The notes under the pieces were generated by a model that saw only the letters and a program-made list of their open reading frames with translations, was not told where the DNA came from and did not search any database. From NCBI RefSeq assembly GCF_963921235.1, contig NC_086097.1, positions 252,776,001 to 252,840,000 of the forward strand: 64,000 nt of DNA, given 5' to 3'. The position numbers and the translations under genes are program-made. This document shows positions 11,980 through 24,640 of this stretch, piece after piece (position 1 is the stretch's first letter; every line of letters begins with the position of its first letter). Source of the stretch: Mobula hypostoma. Lineage: Eukaryota.

Positions 11980-12205
11980 TAACACACACAAAATACTGGA
12001 GGAACTCAGCAGGTCAGGCAGCATCTATGGAGGCGATTAAACAGTCAAGATTTCAGGCCAAAACTCTTTGTCAGGATTCAGGTCTTGGGCCAAATCAATG
12101 ACTGATTATTCCCCTCCATAGACGCTGCCTGACTTGTTGATTTCCTCCAGTCTTTTGTGTGTGGTGCTCTGGATTTCCAGCGTGTGCAGAATCTCTTGTG
12201 TTCAA
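11980..12205. mobile_element. Inverted pair of short Penelope-derived repeats
   Basis: Minus copy 11980-12077 abuts plus copy 12078-12205 at the degenerate hammerhead motifs. Confidence 0.75.
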
Positions 12206-12389
12206 ATGTAGTAAAGGTTAAAAAGGTGAAAATCATCAACTCTAATCCTTGATTCTGCATCTCTCTTGACAATTATGCCTGATCAGGTGATTATTCTCAG
12301 TTTTTTTGAGCTTTATTTCAGATTTCCAGCACCTGCTGAATTTTATTTGTGTAAGAAGAACCTGTTTGATTGAGTTAAAAGGTAGTGTG

Positions 12390-12820
12390 ATCACTTGAGT
12401 TGAGTATGATGTTTGTCTATTGGTGAGCCTTTAGGTGGCTGTAGAGGCTGATCCAGGATCCACAGAACCAATTTGTTCAGGTGGATTCCCTCATGGAGAA
12501 CGCCTGTGCATGATTTGTTTAACGTGGGGAGACTGACGCACGGGCAGCCACCACACAGTCATTGACAGACCGGGGTCAGGGTGCAGTGGTATGGAATGCA
12601 AGATGACTGCCGAAGCCTTCCTCCACCTTCACGGCCACTGTGATGTGTCATCACCTTCCACCAGCCCCACCATTGAGGTCTTGGTGGATCTCTCTTTGTC
12701 TGGAACCACCCCTTGGTGTCCCTACCGTGAACTAAGCTCCAAGAGACTAGACTCCAAGCATTGCTCTCGAGATATCAGGAACTCATGATCCTCTCCACCA
12801 CAACAGGGTGATGATCCTCA
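12390..12820 (-). mobile_element. RTE-derived non-autonomous element
   Basis: Minus strand starts tcaccctgttgtggtggagagg...gatatctcgagagcaatgc, matching the RTE 5' end at 37287-37342. Confidence 0.6.
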
Positions 12821-12989
12821 GAGAAAAGTGAAAAGGTGAGTGATCAGGGAACAAACCTTTAAGCTGTGTGATGTTGTAGCTGGATGTAGGAAAGCAAATG
12901 CAGGAACAAATGCTGGACTCCTCCACTTCCAGGGGTTTCTTGATGCAGGTTCACAGGAGAAAAAAAGCATTTATTACTGAAACATATTA

Positions 12990-13410
12990 AAACATAGAAC
13001 ATAGGCCACGGAACACAGAACACATAAACACAGAACACAGAACATAGAACATAGAACACTGAACACTACAGCACAGTACAGGCCCTTTGTCCCAGGATGT
13101 TCTGCCAACATTTCACCTACTCTAAGATCAATCTAACCACTTTGCCCACATAACCCTCCATTTTTCTATGATCCTTGTGCCTATCTAAGAGTTTCTTAAA
13201 TGTCCCCTTATATATACCACCACCCCGGCAGATCGTTCCACACTCTCTGTAAAAAAAACTTAACTCTGACATCCACCCTATACTTTCCTCCAATCATCTA
13301 AAAATTAAAATTAAAATTAAAATGGATGGTAGCCATTTCCACCTTGTGAAAAAGTCTCTGACTACCCACTCGATGCATGCCTCATCAGTTTGTACACCTC
13401 GATCAAGTCA
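12990..13410 (-). mobile_element. CR1 3' fragment with (CATAGAA/CACAGAA)n tail
   Basis: Heptamer tail repeats at 12990-13065 followed by antisense CR1 3' region. Confidence 0.8.
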
Positions 13411-14139
13411 GTGAAGAGTAGAGTGCAGGACACTTCGATTCCTTTCACCAGGACCTCTGTAAAACGGCAGATGAAAATTGGAGGTAATACTCCGGTTCTG
13501 ATGAAGGGTTGTGGAACTGAAATGTCATCTCAGCTTCTCTTTCCACTTACCAAATGTCTCCAGGATTCACTGTTATTAATTAACATCTTGGTTAACTGAT
13601 GCATCTCTTCCCCACAAAAAAAACAATGGAGGTGATGGGCCTTTCAAAGTCCATATCTGACATTAGTCTCACACGAGCATGCACTGCCTGTCAGCTGTGG
13701 CAGGTGTCTGGAACAATCCGGCAGTTGAAAGATTCTTATGGGAAGAGCTCCTTCACGTAGCCCAGTCTGCAACCAATTTTCATCTCTGGCAGCTGCTCTC
13801 TCTTGTGGTATGAAAGGAGCAACGAGGAATTCACTCGGACCTTCCCACGTGTGACAACTTTTCAATATCCAGCTTTGCGGCTCTGACTGACTGCGATGGA
13901 AAGCAACAGGTGCCCTTCAATCTTCATTCATCCTCTCCCTGTATGAACTCAACTTTCTTACATCAATGAGTCTACTTTGTTAGAACACTCAAAACGAATC
14001 CCTCCCTCATGAATTAGTTTTAATGAAAATAGCAAACAGAGGTTACTAAGAACATAGGCCGTAGAACATTACAGCTCAGTACAGGCCCCTAGGGTTATGC
14101 CGATGCCTTAACCTACTCCAAGATCATAGAGAATGTCTC

Positions 14140-14737
14140 TTAAAGTTCAAAGTATACTTATTATCAAAGTACATATCTGTCACCATATACAGCCCTGAAA
14201 TTCATTTTCTTGCGGGCATACTCAATAAATCAATAATAGAATAATAGCTATAATAGAATCAATGAGACCGTACCAACCTGGGTGTTCAAACAGTTTGCAA
14301 AAGACAACAGACTGTGCAAGTACAAAAAGAAAGAAATAATAATAATAAATAAATAGCAATAGATATTGAGAACATGAGATGAAGAGTCCTTGAAAGTGGA
14401 TCCATTGGTTGTGGGAATATTTCAGTAATGGGGCAAGTGAAGTTGAGTGAAGTTATCACCTTTGATTCAAGAGGCTAATGGTTGAGGGTAATAACTGTTC
14501 CTGAACCTGGTGGTGTGGGTCCTGAGGCTCCTGTGCCTTCCTCCTGATGGCAGCAGTGAGAAGAGAGCATGTCCTGGGTGCTGGGGGTCCCTGCTGATGG
14601 ATGTGCTTTCCTGTGACAATGCTTTGTGTAGATGTGCTCATGGTGGGAGGGCTTTACCCATGTCAGACTGGGCTGTATCCACTACTTTTTGTAGGATTTT
14701 CCATTCAAGGGCATTGATGTTTCCATACCAGGTTGTG
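14140..14737 (-). mobile_element. Rex1/Babar LINE 3' fragment
   Basis: Antisense of the Rex C-terminal motif plus the family tail (aaagttcaaagta...ttatcaaagtac). Confidence 0.75.
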
Positions 14738-14744
14738 ATACCTA

Positions 14745-15478
14745 AGATACCTGCTTTGACCTTCGACCATCACCTCTGGCAGCGTATTCAACACACTCAG
14801 CAGTCTCAGTGTAAGAAACTAACCCCTGCCATCCCACCTGTAGGATCCTCCCCCACCTGAAATGGTTGTGCTCTGGTATTGGTTACTGCTACCCTGGGGA
14901 AAAGTCTCTGGCCGTCCATTCGATTTATATCTCTTATCATAGAAACATAGAAAACGTACAGCACAGTACAGGCCCTTCAGCCCACAATGCTGCGCTGAAC
15001 ATGTCCTTACTTTAGAAATTACCTCGGGTTACCCATAGCCCTCTATTTTTCTAAGCTCCATGTACCTATCCAGGAGGCTCTTCAAAGACCCTATCTTATC
15101 CGCCTCCACCAACGTCGCCGGCAGCCCATTCCACACACTCACCACTCTCTGCGTAAAAAACTTACCTCTGACATCTCCTCTGTACCTACTTCCAAGCACC
15201 TTAAAACTGTGCCCTCCCGTGTTAGCCATTTCAGCTCTAGGAAAAAGCCTCTGACTATCCACATGATCAATGCCTCTCATCATCTTATATACCTCTATTG
15301 TGTCACTTCTCATCCTTTGTCTCTCCAAGGAGAAAAGACTGAGTTCACTCAGCTTTCTCTCTTAAAACATGTTCCCCAGTCCAGACTGCATCCAGGTAAA
15401 TCTCCTCTGCACCCTCTCTAAAGCTTCCATGTCCTTCCTATAATGAGGTGATCAGAACTGAATGCAATATTCCAAGAG
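14745..15478 (-). mobile_element. Two adjacent or nested CR1 3' fragments
   Basis: ORF 15029-15328 (EVYKMMRGIDHVDSQRLFP...FFTQRVV); catagaaa tail at about 14938. Confidence 0.85.
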
Positions 15479-16099
15479 CGTCATTGAGTCATTGTTGTGA
15501 AAATTATCTATCAGTGATAAGGTTATCATTTACCAATGAATTAGACAGATATTAGACAGATTTGATATTTTGTGCACATTTATAAATAAGCCATATATTT
15601 ATCCATATAGTTGGAATGTCATGAAAGACTCAAGCACAATGTACACTGGCAATATCAGAACCCGACTGATGTAGCAACAGCAACGGGAGTTTATTCATAA
15701 TAATTCCAAACGAGCATCAGTGGCTCAGCCAAGCGACACTGTGAGAAGTAACATTCTCAAAACTGGGACCTTGCGATTACCAGTAACCAGGCATCTGCTT
15801 AAAAATACACCTGACAGGGAATCCCCGAGCCTATCAAAATAAACTTAACAAGTTTAAGCAGAAGCCACCAGGAGACAGCATCACTAAGAGTGAGTCGCTC
15901 GAGGAAAATACAAGTTAGAACCAGTTAGATCCCCAGTGCTAAACAATAATTAACCATTTCAGGTGCTCTGAAAACCTCAGAGCCCAATGCTGTCCAATGC
16001 CCTGCACAGGCCCGTAGAACGTAGCATACTAGCAGATTTCTACAGATAAACATTGATTCTAACTGGTTACTTCGCCGTCAGGTTTGGGGTGGGAGATAC

Positions 16100-16450
16100 T
16101 TCACAGGATCACTAGCCTCCCCAGCATCGAGGACACCTTCAAAAGGCTGTACCTCAAAAAAGCGGCATCCATAATTAAGGACCCCATCACCCAGGACATG
16201 CCTTGCTCTCATTGATACCATGAAGGAGGAGGTACAGGAGCCTGAAGACACAGATTTAATGTTTCAGGAACAGTTTCTTTCCCTCCAACATCAGATTTCT
16301 GATTGGAACATGATCCCATTTACACTCCTTTGCTCTTCTGTGCACTACTTGTTATAGTAACTTATTGTAGTTTTTAATATTCTTAACTGTACTGCTGCCA
16401 CAAAACAACAAACGTGACAACATGTCAGTGACAGTAAACCTGATTCTGGT
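16100..16450 (+). mobile_element. Rex1/Babar LINE 3' fragment
   Basis: KKAASIIKDP...RRYRSLKT coding remnant plus tail. Confidence 0.7.
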
Positions 16451-16529
16451 GACGATAATAACCGTGTAATTACTGAACAACAGTACAGCTCAGGAACAGG
16501 CTCTTCGCTACGTTATGTTTGTGTTGAGC

Positions 16530-17268
16530 ATGATGGTGGCCGATTAGGAAAAGGGGAGGTGCAACGAGACCTGGGTGTCATTATACACCAGTCATTGAAA
16601 GTGGGCATGCAGGTACAGCAGGAGGTGAAAAAGGCGAATGGTATGCTGGCATTCATAGCGAGAGGATTCGAGTACAGGAGCAGGGAGGTACTACTGCAGT
16701 TGTACAAGGCCTTGGTGAGACCACACCTGGAGTATTGTGTGCAGTTTTGGTCCCCTAATCTGAGGAAAGACGTCCTTGCCATAGAGGGAGTACAAAGAAG
16801 GTTCACCAGATTGATTCCTGGGATGGCAGGACTTTCATATGATGAAAGACTGGATCGACTAGGCTTATACTCTCTGGAATTTAGAAGATTGAGGGGGGAT
16901 CTTACTGAAATGTATAAGATCCTAAAGGGATTGGACAGGATAGATGCAGGAAGATTGTTCCCGATGTTGGGGAAGTCCAGAACGAGGGGTCACAGTTTGA
17001 GGATAAAGGGGAAGCCTTTTAGGACCGAGATGAGGAAAAACTTCTTCACCAGAGAGTGGTGAATCTGTGGAATTAGTTGAGGCCAGTTCATTGGCTATAT
17101 TTAAGAGGGAGTTAGATATGGCCCTTGTGGCTAAAGGGATCAGGGGGTATGGAGGGAAGGCAGGTATAGGGTTCTGAGTTGGATGATCAGCCATGATCAT
17201 ACTGAATGGCAGTGCAGGTTCGAAGGGCCGAAAGGCCTACTCCTGCACCTATTTTCTATGTTTCTATG
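16530..17268 (+). mobile_element. Young 5'-truncated CR1 LINE
   Basis: ORF 16559-17062 nearly identical to the corresponding part of ORF 38827-40299; (ttctatgt)n tail. Confidence 0.95.
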
Positions 17269-17344
17269 ATCCCAAATTCAACAAACCCTTCTGCCTGCTC
17301 AGAATCCACATCCCGCCATTCTGTACATATTGATACCAACAACA

Positions 17345-17610
17345 AAGGTAGGAAATGGGAGATGGTCCTGAAGAGAGTGAGATGGAAAGCTGAAAAGCAA
17401 GGCCAATAGGGTAGTAATGTATGGACATCTGCCTATGACATGTGCCAGTGAGGGTAAGAATAGGATGATTTGGCAGGTGAGTGCATAGCTGAGGAACCGG
17501 TGCAGGGGACAGGGGTTCAGATCTATGGATTATTGGCATTTGTTTTGGGGAACGTACGACCTGTATAAAAAGGATAGGTTACATTTGAAACTGAGGAGGA
17601 CCAATATCTT
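17345..17610 (+). mobile_element. CR1 ORF1 (SGNH esterase-like) remnant
   Basis: DYWHLFWGTYDLYKKDRLHL resembles FWGRYDLFKRDGLHL in ORF 49200-49592. Confidence 0.7.
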
Positions 17611-17828
17611 GTGGCCATCAGGAGCCTCAGGACTCACACGAGGAACTGTTCAGGAACAGCTCTTACCCCTCACCCATCAGACCCCTGAACGAAAGGGGAT
17701 AACTTCACTCAACTTCACTTGCCCCATCACTGAACTGTTCCTAAAATCAATGGACTCACTTTCAGGGACTCTTCATCTCATGTTCTCAATATTCAAAGTT
17801 CAAAGTACATTTATTATCAAAGTATGTA

Positions 17829-19473
17829 CAGGTGTCCCTCGCTTTTCGAATGTTTGCTTTACGAAACCTCACTGTTACGAAAGACCTACATTAGTACCCT
17901 GTTTTCGCTTTCAGAAGGTGTTTTCACTGTTACGAAAAAAAGCAGCGCGCGATAAGAAATTCAGTGCGCAAAAAAAATCAGCGCGTGATAAAAGGCATCG
18001 CGCGCCCCGAGCAGCTGCTCTCCCCCGGATTTGAAACAGCATTGCTTAAACATGTGCCTGTGAGCAGCCGTTTGCAAGATGAGTTCTATGGTGTCGGAAA
18101 AGCCTGAAAGAGCTCGTAAGGGTGTTACACTTAGCGTAAAACTAGACATAATTAAGCATTTCGATCGTGGTGAACGAAGTAAGGCCTATGTGAGTTTGGC
18201 TTGCGGAAGCTGACGAAGATGATGTTGAAGAGGTTTTGGCATCCCGTGACCAAGAACTGATAGATGAAGAGCTGATGCAATTGGAAGAGGAAAGGATAAC
18301 AATCGAAACCGAATGCAGTACCGAAAGTGAAGCAACTGCGTGAGATTTTCGCTGCAATGATAAAGTACGACTTTAATTTTGAAAGGGTACGTAGGTTTAG
18401 GGGATATTTGCAAGATGGTTTGAGTCCTTACAAAGAACTGTATGATAGAAAAATGCGCGAGGCTCAGCAATCAAGCAAGCCTTCCACATCAGCCACAGCA
18501 GACGACGAACCTCGACCTTCGACATCGAGGCGGGCAGTCATAGGAGAAGATGAGCTGCCTGCTCTAATGGAAACAGACAACGAGATGACACCCCCGTGTT
18601 CCACCACCCCAACACCCAGGCCGCGGACAGATACTGTACCGATTCGCGGAGAATGCAGCAGTAGTCAGGAGGCACACAGCACCTCTTTAAGAAAAAAGCC
18701 GAAATAAACATGCTAATTAATTAGGTGCTGTCCCACACGTAAATGTCGGCCCAGATCAAAGGCGATGCAATTGGCAATGGCACTGATCTGGGCTGACAAT
18801 TACGTGCCGGGCGGCACCTAATTAATTAGTATGTTTATTTTGGCTTTTTCTTAAAGATGTGCTGTGTGCCTTCCGGCTACCGCTGGACCCCTGCGTGCCT
18901 CGCGGCAATGTTTCGGTTGGTGGCCCGGAGGGTGGGGAATACTGCACCACCTCAACCTCCAACGACTCAGCCTAACACACCATCATCAGTGTGCTCGGCG
19001 CTGTCTTCCCAATTCCAGTAAGTGATACTACACTGTACATACATTATTTCTACTTTATATAGGCTGTGTATTTTTACGTGTTATTTGGTATGATTTGGCA
19101 GCTTCATAGCTTAAAGGTTACTGGACAGCGCTTGCGCCGTGTTTTTGCCAACAGCGCTTGTGTGAGATTTTCTGCCTAGAGCGCTTGCGTGAGATTTTTG
19201 CTATGGAGAACAGTTCAGTAATGATTGTGGAAAAGAATTTCTACTTTATATAGGCTGTGTATTTATCATATCATTCCTACTTTTACTATGTGTTACTGTT
19301 ATTTTAGGTTTTATGTGTTATTTGGCATGATTTGGTAGGTTATTTTTGGGTCTGCGAACGCTCACAAATTTTTCCCATATAAATAAATGGTAATTGCTTC
19401 TTTGCTTTACAACATTCTGGCTTACGAACCGTTTCATAGGAACGCTCTGCCTTCGGATGGCGGGGGAAACCTG
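17829..19473 (+). mobile_element. Tigger/pogo-like DNA transposon, internally deleted
   Basis: TA flanks on both sides; TIRs caggtgtccctcgc and gcgggggaaacctg; CENP-B-like N-terminus (RKGVTLSVKLDIIKHFDRGE) joined to an acidic C-terminus (DDVEEVLASRDQELIDEELMQLEEE); DDE core absent. Confidence 0.85.
18656..18885. repeat. Long imperfect inverted repeat (about 100-bp arms) inside the Tigger element
   Basis: Arms 18656-18758 and 18784-18885 are reverse complements (gcacacagcacctctttaagaaaaaagcc / ggctttttcttaaagatgtgctgtgtgc). Confidence 0.92.
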
Positions 19474-19609
19474 TATCCTATAAACAACCTTGAGATTCAT
19501 CTCCTTAAAGGCAGCCACAAGACATTAAAAATGAAGACTGTCAAACATGCCATATGTAGAAAAAAAAGTGCAAGTAATAAAAGTAAGCAAGTAACATTCA
19601 GAACTGAAG

Positions 19610-19920
19610 TTGGGTGGAAGTACAACCAGAGGTTATGACTTAAGGGTGAAAGGTGAAAAGTTTAAGGGGAGCATGAGGGGAGACTTCTTTACTCTGATGG
19701 TCGTAAGAGTGTGGAATGAGCTGCCAACACAAGTGGTGCATGCAAGCTTGATTTCAACTTTTAAGGTAAGTTTTGATAGGTATGTTGATAGTAGGGGTAT
19801 GGAGGGCTATGGTCCTGGTGCAGGTCACTGGCAGTAGGCAGCTTGAAGGGTTTTGGTATGGACTAGATGGGCCAAAGGGACTGTCTCTGTGCTATATTTC
19901 TCTATGACTCTATAACTCTA
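19610..19920 (+). mobile_element. CR1 3' fragment
   Basis: ORF 19610-19837 (TRGYDLRVKGEKFKGSMRGDFFT). Confidence 0.85.
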
Positions 19921-20202
19921 AATGAGTCCACAGTCACAAAACCGGTTATCACTGCATTTGGTCCAGGAGCCCATCAGTTGCAGGCCACTGCCTCAGCTTA
20001 GCACAGAGATGAGTTAACCTCACTGAGCAGTCAGCTGGAACAGCCCTGACATGCTGACCTTTTCAATCTGGCCCGGTGCTTACATCATCCACACCTGGGG
20101 TCATTCCTCACTCTTGGAGCTGCGTCTCACTACCCCGATTCAGCCCGTACCCGACCTTTCCAATATGATCCGGGGCTCAATTCAGTTCAGTTCTGTCGCC
20201 TC

Positions 20203-20705
20203 ACTACTGGAAGGATATGGATACTATAGAAAGGGTGCAGAGGAGTTTTACAAGGATGCTGTCTGGATTGGGGAGCATGCCTTATGAGAATAGGATGAGT
20301 GAACTTGGCCTTTTCTCCCTGGAGTGACGGAGGATGAGAGGTGACCTGATAGAGGTGTATATGATGATGAGAGGCATTGGTTGTGTGGATAGTCAGAGGC
20401 TTTATCCCAGGGCTGAAATGGCAAGCACAAGAGGGCACAGGTTTAAGGTGCTCGGAAGTAGGTACAGAGGAGATGTCAGAGGTAAGTTTTCCACACAGAG
20501 AGTGGTGAGTGTGTGGAATAGGCTGCCAGCAACGGTGGTGGAGGCGGATACAATAGGGTCTTTTATGAGACTCTTAGGTAGGTACACGGAGCTTAGAAAA
20601 ATAGAGGGCTATGCGCTAGGGAAATTCTAGGCCGTCTCTAGAGTAGGTTACATGGTTGGCACAACGTTGTGGGCTGAAGGGCCTGTAATGTTCTATACTC
20701 TACGT
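20203..20705 (+). mobile_element. CR1 3' fragment
   Basis: ORF 20334-20630 (RGDLIEVYMMMRG...QRVVSVWN). Confidence 0.88.
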
Positions 20706-20866
20706 TCAATTTATTCAAACCTCTAGTCTTTACTGGCTGTTGGGCCTGGGCCTGGTCCCTTCGGCCTCAATTCTGCTTTGCCTTCACTCGCCTCACCTCA
20801 GTTCTGCTGCAGCAAATTGGCTCTAGATCCGCTCCGGCAATGGGCAAACGTTGGCTCATTCTCCAC

Positions 20867-20988
20867 GATCGGGCCCCGCAGCCCGAGTTCGGCCCGTCCA
20901 CGGGCCTGGGATCGGGCCCTGCAACCCCAGTTCGGCCCGTCCACGGACCCGGGATTGGGCCCCGCAGCCCCAGTTCGGCCCGTCCATG
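20867..20988. repeat. GC-rich 43-bp minisatellite (about 2.8 copies)
   Basis: Unit gggccccgcagcccgagttcggcccgtccacgggcctgggatc. Confidence 0.9.
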
Positions 20989-21417
20989 CCATGCTGAACT
21001 GTCCTGCACCTTTGAGACTTCAGTTCTCACCACAAAATTGGCAGGTCGTGCAGGCATTTCAAAAGCTCAACTCCAAAAGAGAAGTTACAGGCTATTGATT
21101 GCAGAATTCAAAACTCAGTTGTGTAGAAGGACTTGGGGGTCCTTGTGCAGGATTCCCTGAAGTTTAACTTGCAGGTTGTGACAGTGGTAAGGAAGTCTCC
21201 AGACTGGGCAACATCCTTGTAAATTTTCTCTGCACTCTTTCAATCTTGTTTACATCTTTCCTGTAGGTAGATGATCAAAACTGCACACAATACTCCAAAA
21301 CCAGTCTCTCCAATGTCTTATACACCTTTAACATAACATCCCATCTCCTGTACTCAGTACATTGATTTATGAAGGCCAATGTGCCAAGAACTTGCTTTAT
21401 GACCCGATCTACCTGTG

Positions 21418-21967
21418 ACAAGATGTTTAACATCTGTCGGACGATGCTGAGGATATTCTATGAGTCAGTGGTGGCCAGTGCGATCATGTTTGCTGTTGTG
21501 TGCTGGGGCAGCAGGCTGAGGGTAGCAGACACCAACAGAATCAGCAAACTCATTCGTAAGGCCAGTGATGTTGTGGGGATGGAACTGGACTCTCTCACGG
21601 TGGTGTCTGAAAAGAGGATGCTGTCCAAGTTGCATGCCATCTTGGACAATGTCTCCCATCCACTACATAATGTACTGGGTGGGCACAGGAGTACATTCAG
21701 CCAGAGACTCATTCCACCGAGATGCAACACAGAGCGTCATAGGAAGTCATTCCTGCCTGTGGCCATCAAACTTTACAACTCCTCCCTTGGAGGGTCAGAC
21801 ACCCTGAGCCAATAGGCTGGTCCTGGACTTATTTCCTGGCATAATTTACATATTACTATTTAATTATTTATGGTTTTATATTGCTATATTGATACTCTAT
21901 TCTTGGTTGGTGCAATTGTAACGAAACTCAATTTCCCTCGGGATCAATAAAGTATGACTATGACTAT
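21418..21967 (+). mobile_element. Relatively young Rex1/Babar LINE 3' fragment
   Basis: Open frame MLRIFYESVVASAIMFAVVCWG...HPLHN...PRCNTERHRKSFLPVAIKLYN; aataaa then (tatgac)n tail. Confidence 0.85.
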
Positions 21968-22659
21968 AAATCGCTAAAACTTCAGCAGCCAGTGAGGACT
22001 CCTGTCCCTGGGTCACTTTTTCTCTCTTTTTACGCTACTTATTTAGATATTTATATATCTTTTTGTTCTATTGTAACATAGAGTATGTTTTATGTATCAC
22101 ACTGTAGTGCTGCCACAAAGCAACAAATTTCATGACATGTGTCAGTGAAATTCTGATTCTAACGAGACGGAACTCCGTTTACCATTTCACCCACTTTGAT
22201 AGGATTGGAACGGGACCCCTGCCAGCTACCTAATGGCTTAGCTTTCGAGCTTTGGGGATGTCATTAGGTATTCAGAGAGGGTTCCTGGCTGGAATTCTGC
22301 CAGCAAGTGGAAATTTTACTCCCCTGTGAATAATGAACAGGGATCAGTTGCACATTTGCTTGTGGCCTCAGGAAATCAGGGCCCAGCTGCCCCGGGATAA
22401 CAGCAACAGCACCAGGAGGTGAGCCTCTTTCCATCAATAATATACCACTCCATTTGTACATTCTCATCACTTTGCATGTGGAATTCCCAGTGAAGTGATG
22501 AGGATTTAACAGACCTGCCTGCACTGCGAGGTAATTGAAGTCTGCAGCTGAATGTGCATGTAGAATATGAAGCATTTAGGCCCTTGCAAATGTACTTTCT
22601 GTAGATAAGAACCGTCAAGCTACTGATTGAGGATCCCACCACCCATCCCACAATCTCTC

Positions 22660-23322
22660 TGACTGACTACCATCAGGAAGGAGGCACAGGAGCGTCAGGA
22701 CAAGGACCGCCAGACTGGGTAACAGCTTCTTCCCTCAGGCTGAGAGACTAATGAACGCCCTGTCACCACCAAAGTCTTGTCAGCAAGTCAGCAAACTTTT
22801 TACTGTTTACCTGTGCTGCACATTACTACATGCATTTTGAATTATATTTTATTGACTTATTTATAGTATAATATTTTGTTTTGCGTGGTGTGTGTGATAT
22901 ATGTTGTGAGGGTGCGTGGTGGTCTGGAGGGACATTGTTTCGTTTAGTTGTATATAAGTGCATTCAGATGACAGTAAACTTGATGTTGACATAGAGAAGA
23001 TAACATCACTCAACTTCACTCACCCCAACGCTGAACTCTTCCCACAACCTATGGACTCACTTTCAATAACTGTTCATCTCATGTTCTCAATATTTATTGC
23101 TTGTTTACTTATTATTATTATATGGTGATTTTTTTCCTTTTCTGTATTTACACAAGTTGTTGTCTTTTGCACATTGGTTGCTTGTCTGTCTATCTGTGTA
23201 GTTTTTCATTGATTCCATTGTGATTCTTTGTATTTACTGTGAATGCACAGAGCAGTATGAATCTCAGGGCTGTATATGGTGACATATACATACCCTGATA
23301 ATAAATTTACTTTGAATTTTGA
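22660..23322 (+). mobile_element. Rex1/Babar 3' fragments (two families)
   Basis: LPSGRRHRSVRTRTARLGNSFFPQA remnant plus the recurrent tail gataataaatttactttgaa. Confidence 0.7.
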
Positions 23323-23409
23323 ACATCGTTTAAAACATGCATGAAGTTTTGCAGCCTGAACACCTACCCTTGTTGAATTTTGTAGCATCAATGTGCATTG
23401 TAGGGGGAT

Positions 23410-23985
23410 TCAGTGTCACAATCAGTTTTAATGTTACCGCCATATGTTTTGAAGTTTGTTGCTTTGCAGTAACACTCCAGTGTAATACATTAAAATGTAT
23501 ATTTTAAAAAAGTGCACAAAGAGAGCAAAATTAGTGAGGTAGTGTTCATGGGTTCACTGTCCATTTAGAAATCTGATGGCGCAGGGGAGGAAGTTGTTCT
23601 TGAAATGTTGAGTATGTGTCTTCAGGCTCCTGTACCTCCTCCTTGATGGTAGCAATGAGAAGAGGGCATGTCCTGGGTGGTGAGGATGGATGGATGCCAC
23701 CTTCCTGAGAACCTATCAACCTCCACTTTAAATATACCCAATGACATGACCTCCACAGCCACCTGTTGTAATGAAGTTCACACCTCTGGCTAGAGAAATT
23801 CCTCCTTATCTCTGCTCTAAATTGGCATCTGTCTATTCTGAGGATGTGCTCTCTGGTCCTAAACTCCCCCACTATAGGAAACATCCTCTCCACATCCACT
23901 CTATCTATGCCACTCAACATTCGATAGGTTTCAATAGGATTCAGTCTCATTCTTCTAAACTGCAGTGAGTACAGGCCCAGAGACA
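23410..23985 (-). mobile_element. Rex/Babar fragment (about 23410-23705) fused to a CR1 fragment (about 23708-23985)
   Basis: Chimeric ORF 23546-23986 starts as CR1 (LGLYSLQFRRMR) and runs into Rex-derived sequence. Confidence 0.7.
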
Positions 23986-24106
23986 ACTAACTCTGCAGAA
24001 TCAGAATCCGGTTTAATATCACTGGCCTATGTGGTGAAACGTGGTGTTGTGCAGTAGTACATTGCAATAAATAATAATAAAAACTGTAAATTATAGTAAG
24101 ATTATA

Positions 24107-24584
24107 CGAAGGGTGATTGATAAGTTCGTGGCCTAAGGTAGAAGGAGTCAATTTTAGAAAACCTAGCACATTTATTTTTCCTACATTTACATACTTAGTC
24201 CAGCGGTTGTGGAGCATACGGATCCCTTCTTTGCAGAAGTCGGCACCTTGGACCTCCAGAAAGTGGTCCACAGCAGGGGTAATTGATAAGTTCGTGGCCT
24301 AAGGTAGAAGGAGATGAGGAGAAACTTCAAACTTTCTGCATCTTCAGTCAAAGAGCTGAACTGCACGTGCCTATAACGAGAGCTGTGAAACTTATCTCCT
24401 TCTATCTTAGGCCACAAACTTATCAATCACCCCTGCTGTGGACCATTTCTACAAAGAAGGGATCTGTATGCCCCACGACCGCTGGACTAAGTGTGAACAT
24501 GTAGGAGGGACTATGTTGAAAAATAAGTGTGCTAGGTTTTCTAAAATTGACTCCTTCTACCTTAGGCCACGAACTTATCAATCA

Positions 24585-24591
<7 letters not shown>
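24107..24591. mobile_element. Palindromic mariner-derived MITE with four TIR copies
   Basis: Outer TIRs cgaagggtgattgataagttcgtggcctaaggtagaaggag and its reverse complement; left flank TA; inner TIR pair at about 24273-24313 and 24394-24437; mariner C-terminal peptide EGIRMLHNRWTKYV on the arms. Confidence 0.88.

Positions 24592-24640
<49 letters not shown>

Noticed and set aside
13644..13900. Coding exon in unique sequence (minus-strand 73-aa ORF)
   Set aside because: No recognisable homology and no convincing donor site
22264..22651. Coding exon (103-aa and 91-aa minus ORFs; plus-strand donor gag/gtgagc)
   Set aside because: No recognisable protein; the plus-strand frames upstream of the donor contain stops
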